The position numbers and the translations under genes were made by a program. The notes below the pieces were generated by a model, which saw only the letters and a list, made by a program, of their open reading frames with translations, had not been told where the DNA came from and searched no databases. From IMG/VR virus record IMGVR_UViG_3300013004_000028: 64,000 bases of DNA; one strand, written 5' to 3'. Source of the stretch: an uncultured virus (IMG/VR IMGVR_UViG_3300013004_000028) (Duplodnaviria; Heunggongvirae; Uroviricota; Caudoviricetes). This document shows, in pieces, positions 25,713 to 34,029 of this stretch; position 1 is the first letter of the stretch; every line of letters begins with the position of its first letter.

Positions 25713-26129
25713 TTATCTGCAACAAAATACTAAAGCTTTTGGGTATTTCTTGCAAGCCTGTAAATATTCGCAAACAAATGGAACAAAATCTGTATATATT
25801 CCCCACCCATTAGGAGCGCTCCATTTTTCAAAATGCTCAGGTCTCATTTCTAAATCTTCTAATCCTTTTTCTAAATAGGGGATAAGCTCTTGAGCTAGTA
25901 TTACAGCTTTACTCTCGTATTCATACTCTTCATCGAGACCAGACTTAATATAGTCATCTCTTAGCCTGTATGGACGCCAAAGAGTTTCGTAAATACCCGC
26001 CTCACTAGCCATTTTACCTAAATTATGGGTAATATTACAACGGTAAACCTCTTCATAGAACTCTTGCCATGTTTTACAGTCATCTTCACTAACATGTTTT
26101 TTAATCTTTAATGTAATATCTAAGCTCAT
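25713..26129 (-). CDS. Conserved phage hypothetical protein
   Basis: MSLD...NITHNLGKMA..AG.Y..LW...PNGWG.Y. Confidence 0.8.
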   Translation of the reverse strand: MSLDITLKIKKHVSEDDCKTWQEFYEEVYRCNITHNLGKMASEAGIYETLWRPYRLRDDYIKSGLDEEYEYESKAVILAQELIPYLEKGLEDLEMRPEHFEKWSAPNGWGIYTDFVPFVCEYLQACKKYPKALVFCCR

Positions 26130-26244
26130 ATTATTATTGTTTTATTATTGTAATATGTATTCACCTGCGACTTTGATTTAAAAGTCGCGCTTTAATGTAC
26201 CTTTGTATCTTTAAAAGATACCTTTATGAGCAAATTCCATAATT

Positions 26245-26514
26245 TCATCGCCATTCAGAATCCACGCTTAAATTTGCATTCAATGGGTTACTATGTTTAA
26301 GATAATTAATTGTAGCCGCAATTTCCAAGATTCCATCCATAGGTACATTACTTCCTACAAGATAATTAGCAATCCAAGCGTATTCTTCTCCTAATAGATT
26401 AATACATTTTTTATAACGTAATTTTTCATCAGAAAGGCTAGTGACCTCTTGGATAAAATTAAGAAAATAAGTTCCTTCTTTATCGTATATAACAGTCATA
26501 AATTCGTTAGTCAT
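26245..26514 (-). CDS. Hypothetical protein
   Basis: 89 aa. Confidence 0.65.
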   Translation of the reverse strand: MTNEFMTVIYDKEGTYFLNFIQEVTSLSDEKLRYKKCINLLGEEYAWIANYLVGSNVPMDGILEIAATINYLKHSNPLNANLSVDSEWR

Positions 26515-26515
26515 A

Positions 26516-26950
26516 TTAAAGTTTGTTTTGTTCTAATTTTTTATTGAGAATATCACTCAACTCCTCCGAGTTTTCGTACATATTACCTATAACTTCCATA
26601 TCCTCAAATAAAAGATGATTTAAATTGAGGAATCTACATACATTATACCCCATTTCTGACTCATCGTATCTAACTACAATAAAACCATCTTCAGAAAACT
26701 TTAAAATGTCTCCTTCCCATATATATACGCCATTCTTATCTTTATTATTAGTACAAACCTGTACTTCATAATGGCCACAAGAATCTATAAATACTTGCCC
26801 TTTTATATCCACTGGGATATGCCTTACTTTTTCCAAATCTTCATCACAACATGCTTCAAATACCCCTCCCGAAAAGAACTTTACCCAATTAGGATAAAAC
26901 ATTTTATGTTCATTTTTAGACCAAATACGGAATTTTGGGGCAGATAGCAT
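26516..26950 (-). CDS. YopX family protein
   Basis: KFRIW, KDKNG..IWEGDIL, EVIGNMYEN. Confidence 0.85.
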   Translation of the reverse strand: MLSAPKFRIWSKNEHKMFYPNWVKFFSGGVFEACCDEDLEKVRHIPVDIKGQVFIDSCGHYEVQVCTNNKDKNGVYIWEGDILKFSEDGFIVVRYDESEMGYNVCRFLNLNHLLFEDMEVIGNMYENSEELSDILNKKLEQNKL

Positions 26951-27335
26951 ATATTATATAGAGTAGAGAGAAGACAACCAGCAAAAAAGCAAAATATTAA
27001 AGAAAATCAAAAAGAAAAACAAAGATACCTTTAAATACTCATTGTCTCTAAATGGTTTAATAAGTTTTAGTCCTCTCTTTTTCATTTTAAATTAAAGTAT
27101 AAGAGTAATCCTCCACTAATGAGGATAAAGATCATTAAGATATACCCAGCTAAATAAACCCCCCCATGAGGAGGCTTAGATGGTTCATTGGATTTATTTA
27201 GAAACATAATTTTAGTAAGGAAATGCCGGAAAGGCAACCAATTACGAAAAATAATAATAAAATCATGAAAGCTACTAGTTTTGTGCCTCCATCATTATTA
27301 TTTGGGTCATTATAGAATGTGCTCATAAAGTTATA

Positions 27336-27611
27336 TTAGTAGTCTAAATCGAAAAAGCAAGGTTTAATTTCATTTTCATGGCAAGAATATGCCTTTACTA
27401 GGAAATTATAAGCGGATTTCAAGTGGCAGAATGGCACAAGACCTCTTTCCATCTCTAAACTTGTCAAATACCATACTGGCGGAGAGTTTTTATGCAAAGA
27501 CACTCTTTTAAAACAAATTCTAGTTAAACTTAAGTGGTCATTAGTGAAAATAAAATCTTCTCCTTTCACTTCGAATTTATATCTTACTCCAGATAAAGTG
27601 GCGTAACTCAT
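27336..27611 (-). CDS. Hypothetical protein
   Basis: 91 aa. Confidence 0.6.
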   Translation of the reverse strand: MSYATLSGVRYKFEVKGEDFIFTNDHLSLTRICFKRVSLHKNSPPVWYLTSLEMERGLVPFCHLKSAYNFLVKAYSCHENEIKPCFFDLDY

Positions 27612-27615
27612 ATTA

Positions 27616-27816
27616 TTATTTAGTGTGATCCATTAAAACTGTCAAAACATGATTGTAATCTCCACTCAAACAATCTTTTAATACTGATTCAATTTCTTCT
27701 TTTGATCTTCCTTGTTTAATAGCCGCTTTACCAAATGAATCTAAAAGAGAATCTGTGTTGCCAGACCTAAACACAATTTGCATTTTTACTCGTTCGCAGT
27801 GTTTTTTCCTATTCAT
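27616..27816 (-). CDS. Conserved phage hypothetical protein
   Basis: GN...L...F.K.A..QG...EEI..V....SGDY.H.L. Confidence 0.75.
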   Translation of the reverse strand: MNRKKHCERVKMQIVFRSGNTDSLLDSFGKAAIKQGRSKEEIESVLKDCLSGDYNHVLTVLMDHTK

Positions 27817-27836
27817 TTTTTAAACTTTAGTAAAAT

Positions 27837-27912
27837 TGGTCCCCCCGCAGAGAATTGAACTCTGTTCACCGGTTTATGAAACCGGGGCTTTAAACCAATA
27901 AGCAACAGGGGA
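27837..27912 (-). tRNA. tRNA with CAT anticodon (elongator Met or Ile2)
   Basis: Cloverleaf, CCGGT-TTCATAA-ACCGG arm, TTCAATT T-loop, encoded CCA. Confidence 0.9.
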
Positions 27913-27951
27913 ATAAAATTCTTTAATACCTTAAGGCATTTTTTTTGATTG

Positions 27952-28575
27952 TCAAGCTTTTTTTAACTTTTCTAAGTATTTTTTCTTCACAACCTTCTCC
28001 ACATTCGTTTTTTCCTTGATCTGTGGTAGTAGTACCATCCTAATCCAATTTCGTCTCCTTGTCAAGTCCAAATTTAAAGGATCTTCTGCAATAAATTTTG
28101 TTAAATCGTTTCTTTTAAGAAAATTATTGATTTCATCCTTAGAATTCAGAATAAAAGGCCTAATTACTTTAGTTTTGCCAAATGTAGTTTCTAATGGGAT
28201 AGGCAAATATTCATTTTTACCATTAAAACAGTTCATTAGATAACTCTCAGTTGCCTCACTTAAATTGTGGCAAGTGATTAAGACTCCACCTAAATCTTTA
28301 AACCAATCATATCTCTGCTTTCTGCACCAGTCTTCGGTACTACCTTTACTATATTTATCATTAGAATAGCCGATTTCAATATCAAAATTAAACTTTTCTG
28401 CGAAAAATCTACACTTTTCTTCAATTTCATCATCTTCTTTGCAGAATTTATGATTAAAATGTTTTAGAAGAGGTTTTTTATGCCTTAAATAAAAAGCTGC
28501 CGCAATACTATCAGCGCCTCCAGAAAAAGCAATCTGAAGGTTTTCTGATTTATTTTTATTGAGATAGCTGATCAT
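27952..28575 (-). CDS. tilS: tRNA(Ile)-lysidine synthase, catalytic domain only
   Basis: PP-loop AFSGGADS, HFNH, E..CR..RY, T.HN..E..E..L, IRP, D..N...RRN.IR. Confidence 0.85.
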   Translation of the reverse strand: MISYLNKNKSENLQIAFSGGADSIAAAFYLRHKKPLLKHFNHKFCKEDDEIEEKCRFFAEKFNFDIEIGYSNDKYSKGSTEDWCRKQRYDWFKDLGGVLITCHNLSEATESYLMNCFNGKNEYLPIPLETTFGKTKVIRPFILNSKDEINNFLKRNDLTKFIAEDPLNLDLTRRRNWIRMVLLPQIKEKTNVEKVVKKKYLEKLKKA

Positions 28576-28593
28576 TTTTTAAAAAAATAAAGA

Positions 28594-28667
28594 TGGAGGC
28601 TCATGACAGAATTGAACTGCCCTCTCAGGTTTACAAAACCTGTGCATCACCACAATGCTTATAAGCC
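28594..28667 (-). tRNA. tRNA-Thr(TGT)
   Basis: CAGGT-TTTGTAA-ACCTG arm, CCA end. Confidence 0.92.
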
Positions 28668-28702
28668 ATTTTTTTATTTACTAAAATTAACTGGAAAAAA
28701 TA

Positions 28703-29173
28703 TTAACATAAAGAAAATTGTTTAGATGATTTCTTTGAGTAAAATAACTTTATTTTACTTTTTAAGATTTCTTTTTCCACTTCCGCATGACAATTAGCAC
28801 ACAAAAGAATGCATTTTTTAGCCTCAGCCTTCAGATTTTCTAAGCTATAAGCAGATTCGCTAATTTCAAATTCTTTTTGAGAAGGGTCAATATGATGAAA
28901 TTGTAAGGCTGAATCACATTTATTATAAAAACAAACAGAACATTTGTTTCCATGTATTTCTAATAACTCCTTTCTATTGTTGTTTTTCCTTAGACTCTTC
29001 CTTACAGACTGGCATTTAATACATTTGATTTTATATTTACTAGAATATGTAAATTCTGTATATCCATGCTTTTCACAGTATTCTTCGCTCCTATGGCCTC
29101 GTTCATATTCGACCTGTTCGGTTTCCTTACCGATAGAAGAAAAGAAAGAAAAAAACAGTTGCAAACATCTCAT
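28703..29173 (-). CDS. HNH endonuclease
   Basis: C..C.Y.KC..AL.FHH.DP ... KC.LLCANCHAE; start uncertain. Confidence 0.85.
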   Translation of the reverse strand: MRCLQLFFSFFSSIGKETEQVEYERGHRSEEYCEKHGYTEFTYSSKYKIKCIKCQSVRKSLRKNNNRKELLEIHGNKCSVCFYNKCDSALQFHHIDPSQKEFEISESAYSLENLKAEAKKCILLCANCHAEVEKEILKSKIKLFYSKKSSKQFSLC

Positions 29174-29193
29174 TCCGTCGAAAAATTTAAAAT

Positions 29194-29268
29194 TGGCTCC
29201 TGAGGTAGGGTTCGAACCTACGACCTAGTGATTAACAGTCACCCGCTCTGCCACTGAGCTACTCAGGA
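29194..29268 (-). tRNA. tRNA-Asn(GTT)
   Basis: GGTGA-CTGTTAA-TCACT arm, GGTTCGAAC T-loop, CCA. Confidence 0.95.
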
Positions 29269-29292
29269 TTATAAAAAAATTATTAGAATAAA

Positions 29293-29868
29293 CTATTTTC
29301 TTTTCAAGAAAACCATGCCGTTATTATTCGCATTTATTGAATTAATTTCCCAATGAGGATTTTCAATTAGAAATTCTTGAATAGCTGGAATCAAACCGTA
29401 TTTCTTAGATCCTCCTTCTTCATATCTCAAACCTTGATCTCCATACGCTGAAGAGTCTCTAAAACCGAAAGTTACTGTATCATGAAATGCTAAATATTTT
29501 TTAGCTTTATTACCGTGTTTCTTTAATTCTAATTTTAATTGTAAATAGCTATGCTCTGTATCAATGAATATAAAATCCACTTCTGGTATTTCTAGATTTA
29601 AAGAAGATCCAATTATATGCTCATATTCAGTTCCTTGTTCAGCACATAATTCTTTCAAGTACTCTGATCCTTCAAAAGGAAGAATATCTATACTAATTAG
29701 TATTTTAGGTTTCGCATATGCAAGAGCATAAATAGAAACGCCGTCTTGAGTTCCCATTTCAATGACACTTTCACATTCCTTAGCATATTTAAACAAAAAT
29801 GGTAAATGTTCATTTATTTCGCTAGGAATATTACATTTTTCCAAATAGTAATTTTGCAAATAACTCAT
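29293..29868 (-). CDS. Class I SAM methyltransferase (Methyltransf_24-like)
   Basis: VIEMG, FIFIDTEHSY, AFHDT. Confidence 0.8.
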   Translation of the reverse strand: MSYLQNYYLEKCNIPSEINEHLPFLFKYAKECESVIEMGTQDGVSIYALAYAKPKILISIDILPFEGSEYLKELCAEQGTEYEHIIGSSLNLEIPEVDFIFIDTEHSYLQLKLELKKHGNKAKKYLAFHDTVTFGFRDSSAYGDQGLRYEEGGSKKYGLIPAIQEFLIENPHWEINSINANNNGMVFLKRK

Positions 29869-29889
29869 AAAGGATCTTTATTTAAACAA

Positions 29890-30102
29890 TTATTCAGCTT
29901 TAGCAGCCAATTTGGCGGCTTTTCGCTCGTTTTTCTCGTCAGCGATTAGTTTGCGACAAATTTTTGCATTTGTAATAATTTCTTGCAAAGCCTTTCGAGC
30001 ACGAGTGCTAGATGCGCCATTGCCAGATTCAAATTTTGAGTATTCATTTAGAGCGATGACTAAATTTTCGTTAATTAGAGTTAATGAAGTATTTGGATTC
30101 AT
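29890..30102 (-). CDS. Histone H1-like Hc1-family protein
   Basis: KF..GN.A..TRARKAL..I....K..RK; Lys/Ala tail. Confidence 0.7.
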   Translation of the reverse strand: MNPNTSLTLINENLVIALNEYSKFESGNGASSTRARKALQEIITNAKICRKLIADEKNERKAAKLAAKAE

Positions 30103-30132
30103 ATTGTTTTATGATTGTGTTATTTATATGTT

Positions 30133-30324
30133 CTAAATGCCATTCCGTTTCTTTAAATTTTCAGTATATCTATCTAAAATATCATTAAATTGAATACGAG
30201 CCTCATTGTGATCCTCTTTAATTCGCTTTAATTCTTTGTCAAGATGAGAAAGTATTGTTTGTTTTTCAATATATTCATAAATTAAAGCTTGATGTGTATC
30301 AATCCAAAATAAATCGTTATTCAT
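30133..30324 (-). CDS. Coiled-coil hypothetical protein
   Basis: Start at MNNDLFW, downstream of TTGACA at 30357. Confidence 0.6.
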   Translation of the reverse strand: MNNDLFWIDTHQALIYEYIEKQTILSHLDKELKRIKEDHNEARIQFNDILDRYTENLKKRNGI

Positions 30325-30374
30325 GTTAATGAATACCACTGTATGAGATTTTGTCAAGTTTTTTTTAAAAAACT

Positions 30375-30587
30375 TCATAATTGTCCATCTCCATTTCCAT
30401 CTCCGAACCCTTCACCATCTCCGAATCCTTCTCCTCTCCCCCCTCCATTACCATCCCCCTCCGCTCCTCCATACCCTTCCCCGTCACCATTTCCATACCC
30501 ATCTCCGTCACCATTTGCCTCTCCATACCCATCGTCTAAATCTACAAAATAATTAAACAAATGATTTCCAATTAGTAATTTCTTCAT
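30375..30587 (-). CDS. Gly-X repeat mini-protein 10
   Basis: GDGYG/GEGFG repeats after a short N-terminal head. Confidence 0.75.
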   Translation of the reverse strand: MKKLLIGNHLFNYFVDLDDGYGEANGDGDGYGNGDGEGYGGAEGDGNGGGRGEGFGDGEGFGDGNGDGQL

Positions 30588-30627
30588 AAATAAAATTTAA
30601 AGACCACACAAACTTTCAGTAATTTCT

Positions 30628-30864
30628 TTATTCTTCTTCATCGTAACCCCCTCCACTACCATGACCGCTCCCATTTGCACATCCAGATCCCGCATGACCA
30701 ACCCCGTTTCCAGATCCAAATCCGTCTCCAGTGCCAGCACCATACGCAATCCCAACACCATACCCAGCTCCAGATCCGCTGCCAGATCCATAACCAGAAC
30801 CTTTCGTGAACCTAGGTACACCCGGCGACACGCACATTTGATGAATATTCACTGATTTTCCCAT
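30628..30864 (-). CDS. Gly-X repeat mini-protein 9
   Basis: GSGYGSG repeats. Confidence 0.7.
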   Translation of the reverse strand: MGKSVNIHQMCVSPGVPRFTKGSGYGSGSGSGAGYGVGIAYGAGTGDGFGSGNGVGHAGSGCANGSGHGSGGGYDEEE

Positions 30865-31172
30865 GTTTTTACCCAGTTTCCTTTTCCAAATCCACTTCCA
30901 TCACCTGACCCATCACCATATCCAGATCCAACATTCACTGGGTATGACTCCCCTTCGTCATTATCATCGTTGCTTTCGTCGCCTCCTCCATCTCCTATTC
31001 CGTGACCTTCTCCACAGCCATCTCCCTCTCCATCGCCATCCCCAGATCCATATCCAAACCCCTCGCCCCAGTTGCACCCATGACCATTGCTAAATCCATG
31101 TGGATTTTCATAAATAGGCACAGATTCATCTATGATGAAATCCTTAAATTGGTTATTTAGTAAATTATGCAT
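30849..31172 (-). CDS. Gly-X repeat mini-protein 8
   Basis: Head MHNLLNNQFK...GFSNG. Confidence 0.75.
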   Translation of the reverse strand: MHNLLNNQFKDFIIDESVPIYENPHGFSNGHGCNWGEGFGYGSGDGDGEGDGCGEGHGIGDGGGDESNDDNDEGESYPVNVGSGYGDGSGDGSGFGKGNWVKTWENQ

Positions 31173-31192
31173 AATTAAGTTAAATTCCATTA

Positions 31193-31468
31193 TTAACATC
31201 TATCACAGTATCCTTCTCCAGTCCCAGCTCCATTACCTGTACCTAAACCCCAGCCAGAGCCCTTCCACATCCCTATACCACTCCCATCACCCGAGCCTTT
31301 ACAATCTGACTCTCCCCACGCATCTCCATCTCCATCTCCCCAGCCATATCCATATCCATCACCATCTTCATATCCACGGCCACTAGAGATTGCAATGGCA
31401 TCTTCAAAAAGATACGGCGAGTCGCCTGCCATTAAACCTTTAAAATCGTTAATTAGTTGAGTTTTCAT
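31193..31468 (-). CDS. Gly-X repeat mini-protein 7
   Basis: Head MKTQLINDFKGL. Confidence 0.75.
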   Translation of the reverse strand: MKTQLINDFKGLMAGDSPYLFEDAIAISSGRGYEDGDGYGYGWGDGDGDAWGESDCKGSGDGSGIGMWKGSGWGLGTGNGAGTGEGYCDRC

Positions 31469-31481
31469 AAAAAAAATACAT

Positions 31482-31820
31482 CTAGATCCAATGCCACCCT
31501 CCAAAGTCAACAACCCCATCCCCACTTCCTCTACCACTGCCACAACCAAAACCATCACCAACATTATAGCTATCTCCATAACCATTAGAGTGACCGTACC
31601 CATAACCAGAACCGTCTTCATTGCCAAATCCTGACCAGTACCCTTCTCCCTGTCCGTCACCACCCTCTTCACCATCTCCATCTCCGCTCCCAGATCCATA
31701 GCCAAAACCTATCCCGTTGCCACATCCAGAGCCATTGCTAAATCCAGTTAGGTCTTCAGAAAGATCGAGAGATGCATCTACAACCAAGCTTTTAAATTTG
31801 TTAATTAGTAAAGTATTCAT
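31482..31820 (-). CDS. Gly-X repeat mini-protein 6
   Basis: Head MNTLLINKFKSL. Confidence 0.78.
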   Translation of the reverse strand: MNTLLINKFKSLVVDASLDLSEDLTGFSNGSGCGNGIGFGYGSGSGDGDGEEGGDGQGEGYWSGFGNEDGSGYGYGHSNGYGDSYNVGDGFGCGSGRGSGDGVVDFGGWHWI

Positions 31821-31823
31821 AAT

Positions 31824-32120
31824 TTAATTAATTACTACCCCATCTCCATCTCCATAACAAACTCCATTAATTACTACCCCGTCCCCATCCCCATCCCCAT
31901 AACAATTTCCATTTCCATTTCCGAGTCCATTTCCTGATCCAAATCCATCGCCATCATTGTAGCCATAACTATCCTCACTCTCTTCTCCAACACCATAACA
32001 GAAACCTAGACCGAGACCGAACCCACGCCCATTACTCATTACAATCGAATTTTTAAAAAGATAAGCAGAATCGCTATCAGCGATTAAACCTTTAAATTGA
32101 TTAATTAGTAAAGTATTCAT
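31824..32120 (-). CDS. Gly-X repeat mini-protein 5
   Basis: Head MNTLLINQFKGL. Confidence 0.78.
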   Translation of the reverse strand: MNTLLINQFKGLIADSDSAYLFKNSIVMSNGRGFGLGLGFCYGVGEESEDSYGYNDGDGFGSGNGLGNGNGNCYGDGDGDGVVINGVCYGDGDGVVIN

Positions 32121-32370
32121 AAATTTCAAGTCCCATACCTCTACCATTACCAGATCCAAACCCAGCTCCATTACCAGATCCAAATCCATGACCTGATCCC
32201 GGTCCATACCCAGTTCCATAACAATGTACTGATCGAGAGCCGTCTTCACCAAATCCTGATCCATTTCCAAACCCCTGACCATCTATAGACCCTGAACCGT
32301 GTCCATGTTCACATGGTTCAAGTACAGGAGAGCTTGTAAATGCGTGGTGATTACAAAGAGAAAATTTCAT
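32101..32370 (-). CDS. Gly-X repeat mini-protein 4
   Basis: GHGSG/GFGSGNG repeats. Confidence 0.75.
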   Translation of the reverse strand: MKFSLCNHHAFTSSPVLEPCEHGHGSGSIDGQGFGNGSGFGEDGSRSVHCYGTGYGPGSGHGFGSGNGAGFGSGNGRGMGLEIYEYFTN

Positions 32371-32373
32371 AAT

Positions 32374-32622
32374 TTAAATTATCCAGTTAATTGTATACCC
32401 AGTACCGTCACCTGTACCATCACCTTTCCCCTTTCCTGATCCTTCATCATATCCAGATGAATAACCAGAACCATCACCAGACCCAGCTCCATCAATAAAC
32501 CCACAGCCAAACCCATAACCAAGCCCAGATCCATCACCTAACCCATAGCCAGACCCAGATCCATCACCAGATCTACAGATCAAATCAGCAAAATCACCAT
32601 GATGTCTATAAAATAAATTCAT
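32374..32622 (-). CDS. Gly-X repeat mini-protein 3
   Basis: Head MNLFYRHHG..ADLIC. Confidence 0.78.
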   Translation of the reverse strand: MNLFYRHHGDFADLICRSGDGSGSGYGLGDGSGLGYGFGCGFIDGAGSGDGSGYSSGYDEGSGKGKGDGTGDGTGYTINWII

Positions 32623-32630
32623 ATTATCTA

Positions 32631-32882
32631 TTAAGACTCGTCTCCAGCTCCATCACCTAATCCATTGCAGTATCCTGATCCATCACCTAACCCATCTTCA
32701 AACATACTTTTAAGTCCAAATACACCATATCCACAACCAAACCCATAAATAGACCCATAACCACTACCGAATCCATATGCATCACCAGATCCGTCGCCAG
32801 TTCCATGACCAGATCCAGATCCAAATCCAGATCCACAAATCAAATCAGCACAATATCCGTTATGTATATAAAGTAAATTCAT
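32631..32882 (-). CDS. Gly-X repeat mini-protein 2
   Basis: Head MNLLYIHNG..ADLIC. Confidence 0.78.
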   Translation of the reverse strand: MNLLYIHNGYCADLICGSGFGSGSGHGTGDGSGDAYGFGSGYGSIYGFGCGYGVFGLKSMFEDGLGDGSGYCNGLGDGAGDES

Positions 32883-32925
32883 AAGTTAATCGCTGTTTCT
32901 AAAACCAAATCCATTTCCTGTACCA

Positions 32926-33273
32926 TCACCAAAGCCAATACATGTGCTGAACTTGTCTGCTACCCCCATCTCCCTCGCCGTCCCCATCTCCAGCACCATC
33001 GCCCTCTCCATATCCATCTCCAGATCCATCTCCAGATCCCTCTCCAGACCCAAAACCACAAGAAGATCCCCACCCGTCACCATAGCCATCACCTTCACCA
33101 TAACCATCTCCAGACCCAGAGCCTCCGCCTGAACCATAACTAAATCCGCATCCATCACCAAAGCCAGCCGCGAAGCCACATCCATCACCATCACCATATC
33201 CAGATCTACCTCCATCGCCAAATCCATGGATTACATTAGGAGAGAATCCTTGATGTGCGTGAAGTAAATTCAT
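32926..33273 (-). CDS. Gly-X repeat mini-protein 1 (possible frameshift near 3' end)
   Basis: Head MNLLHAHQG; Gly register resumes in another frame after a G5 run. Confidence 0.72.
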   Translation of the reverse strand: MNLLHAHQGFSPNVIHGFGDGGRSGYGDGDGCGFAAGFGDGCGFSYGSGGGSGSGDGYGEGDGYGDGWGSSCGFGSGEGSGDGSGDGYGEGDGAGDGDGEGDGGSRQVQHMYWLW

Positions 33274-33325
33274 AAAATAAAAAAAGCGGAGCAGGGATAT
33301 TCCTGCCCCGCAATTTTTCGTATTA

Positions 33326-33691
33326 CTATTCGACGAATTTAATGTAAGTAGCCTCGGCTTCTGGAGTAGTTGGGATATATTCAATAGCATTCGTCAGATA
33401 AACCTCTCCGGTTGCATTCAAACGGCCTCCTTTAATGCCGTCTTTAGCTACAGCAGATAGACTTAGACCGCCGCCTTCCCATTTCCATAGTCGCAAGGCA
33501 TTTTTTAGTTTCACTTCCATCGAATTAGTTGGGTTTACATATTCTACGTCTCCGATATGAACACCAGCCGAGTATGTTCGAATGATACAGCGGCGACCTA
33601 GCATTGGATGAGGAGGGGAAACAGATGAGTTAAGCCCTGAAAACATAGAAGCTAACTGTTTGGCTTCGCCAATTGTCATATTGTCAATCAT
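33326..33691 (-). CDS. DUF6948-like phage protein
   Basis: IIRTYSAGVHIG, L.NA.RLW.W.G, LSLS.VA..G; start trimmed to avoid the tRNA. Confidence 0.7.
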   Translation of the reverse strand: MIDNMTIGEAKQLASMFSGLNSSVSPPHPMLGRRCIIRTYSAGVHIGDVEYVNPTNSMEVKLKNALRLWKWEGGGLSLSAVAKDGIKGGRLNATGEVYLTNAIEYIPTTPEAEATYIKFVE

Positions 33692-33728
33692 ATTATTATT
33701 TTGTTTTTGTTTTTTAACTAAGAAAAAA

Positions 33729-33804
33729 TGGTAGGCCATGATGGAATCGAACCATCGACACAAGGATTATGAGTCCTCTGCTCTAACCGCTGAGCTAATG
33801 GCCT
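33729..33804 (-). tRNA. tRNA-Ile2(CAT) (lysidine type) or Met
   Basis: GAGGA-CTCATAA-TCCTT arm; overall resemblance to bacterial Ile2 tRNAs; CCA. Confidence 0.9.
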
Positions 33805-33810
33805 GTAAAT

Positions 33811-33886
33811 TGGTAGGTACTGAGGAATTCGAATCCTCACTGGAACGATTTTAAGTCGTTTGTCTCTGCCGTTGGACTAAGTACCC
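33811..33886 (-). tRNA. tRNA-Leu(TAA), short variable loop
   Basis: AACGA-CTTAAAA-TCGTT arm, 76 nt, CCA. Confidence 0.85.
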
Positions 33887-33902
33887 ATTTGTTGAGAAAG
33901 AT

Positions 33903-33977
33903 TGGTAGCCCCACCAAGAATCGAACTTGGATCATCTAATTAGAAGTCAGATGCTTTATCCGTTAAGCTATGGGGCC
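33903..33977 (-). tRNA. tRNA-Arg(TCT)
   Basis: TCTGA-CTTCTAA-TTAGA arm, CCA. Confidence 0.92.
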
Positions 33978-34029
33978 TTTTGTCTTTCTTTTACTATTCT
34001 AGCACAACCAAACCGAAAGTCAAGGGATT

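Noticed and set aside
30343..33227. Pro/Ser/His-rich plus-strand ORFs and MVMEMD-type alternate-frame ORFs
   Set aside because: Antisense or frame shadows of the Gly-X genes.
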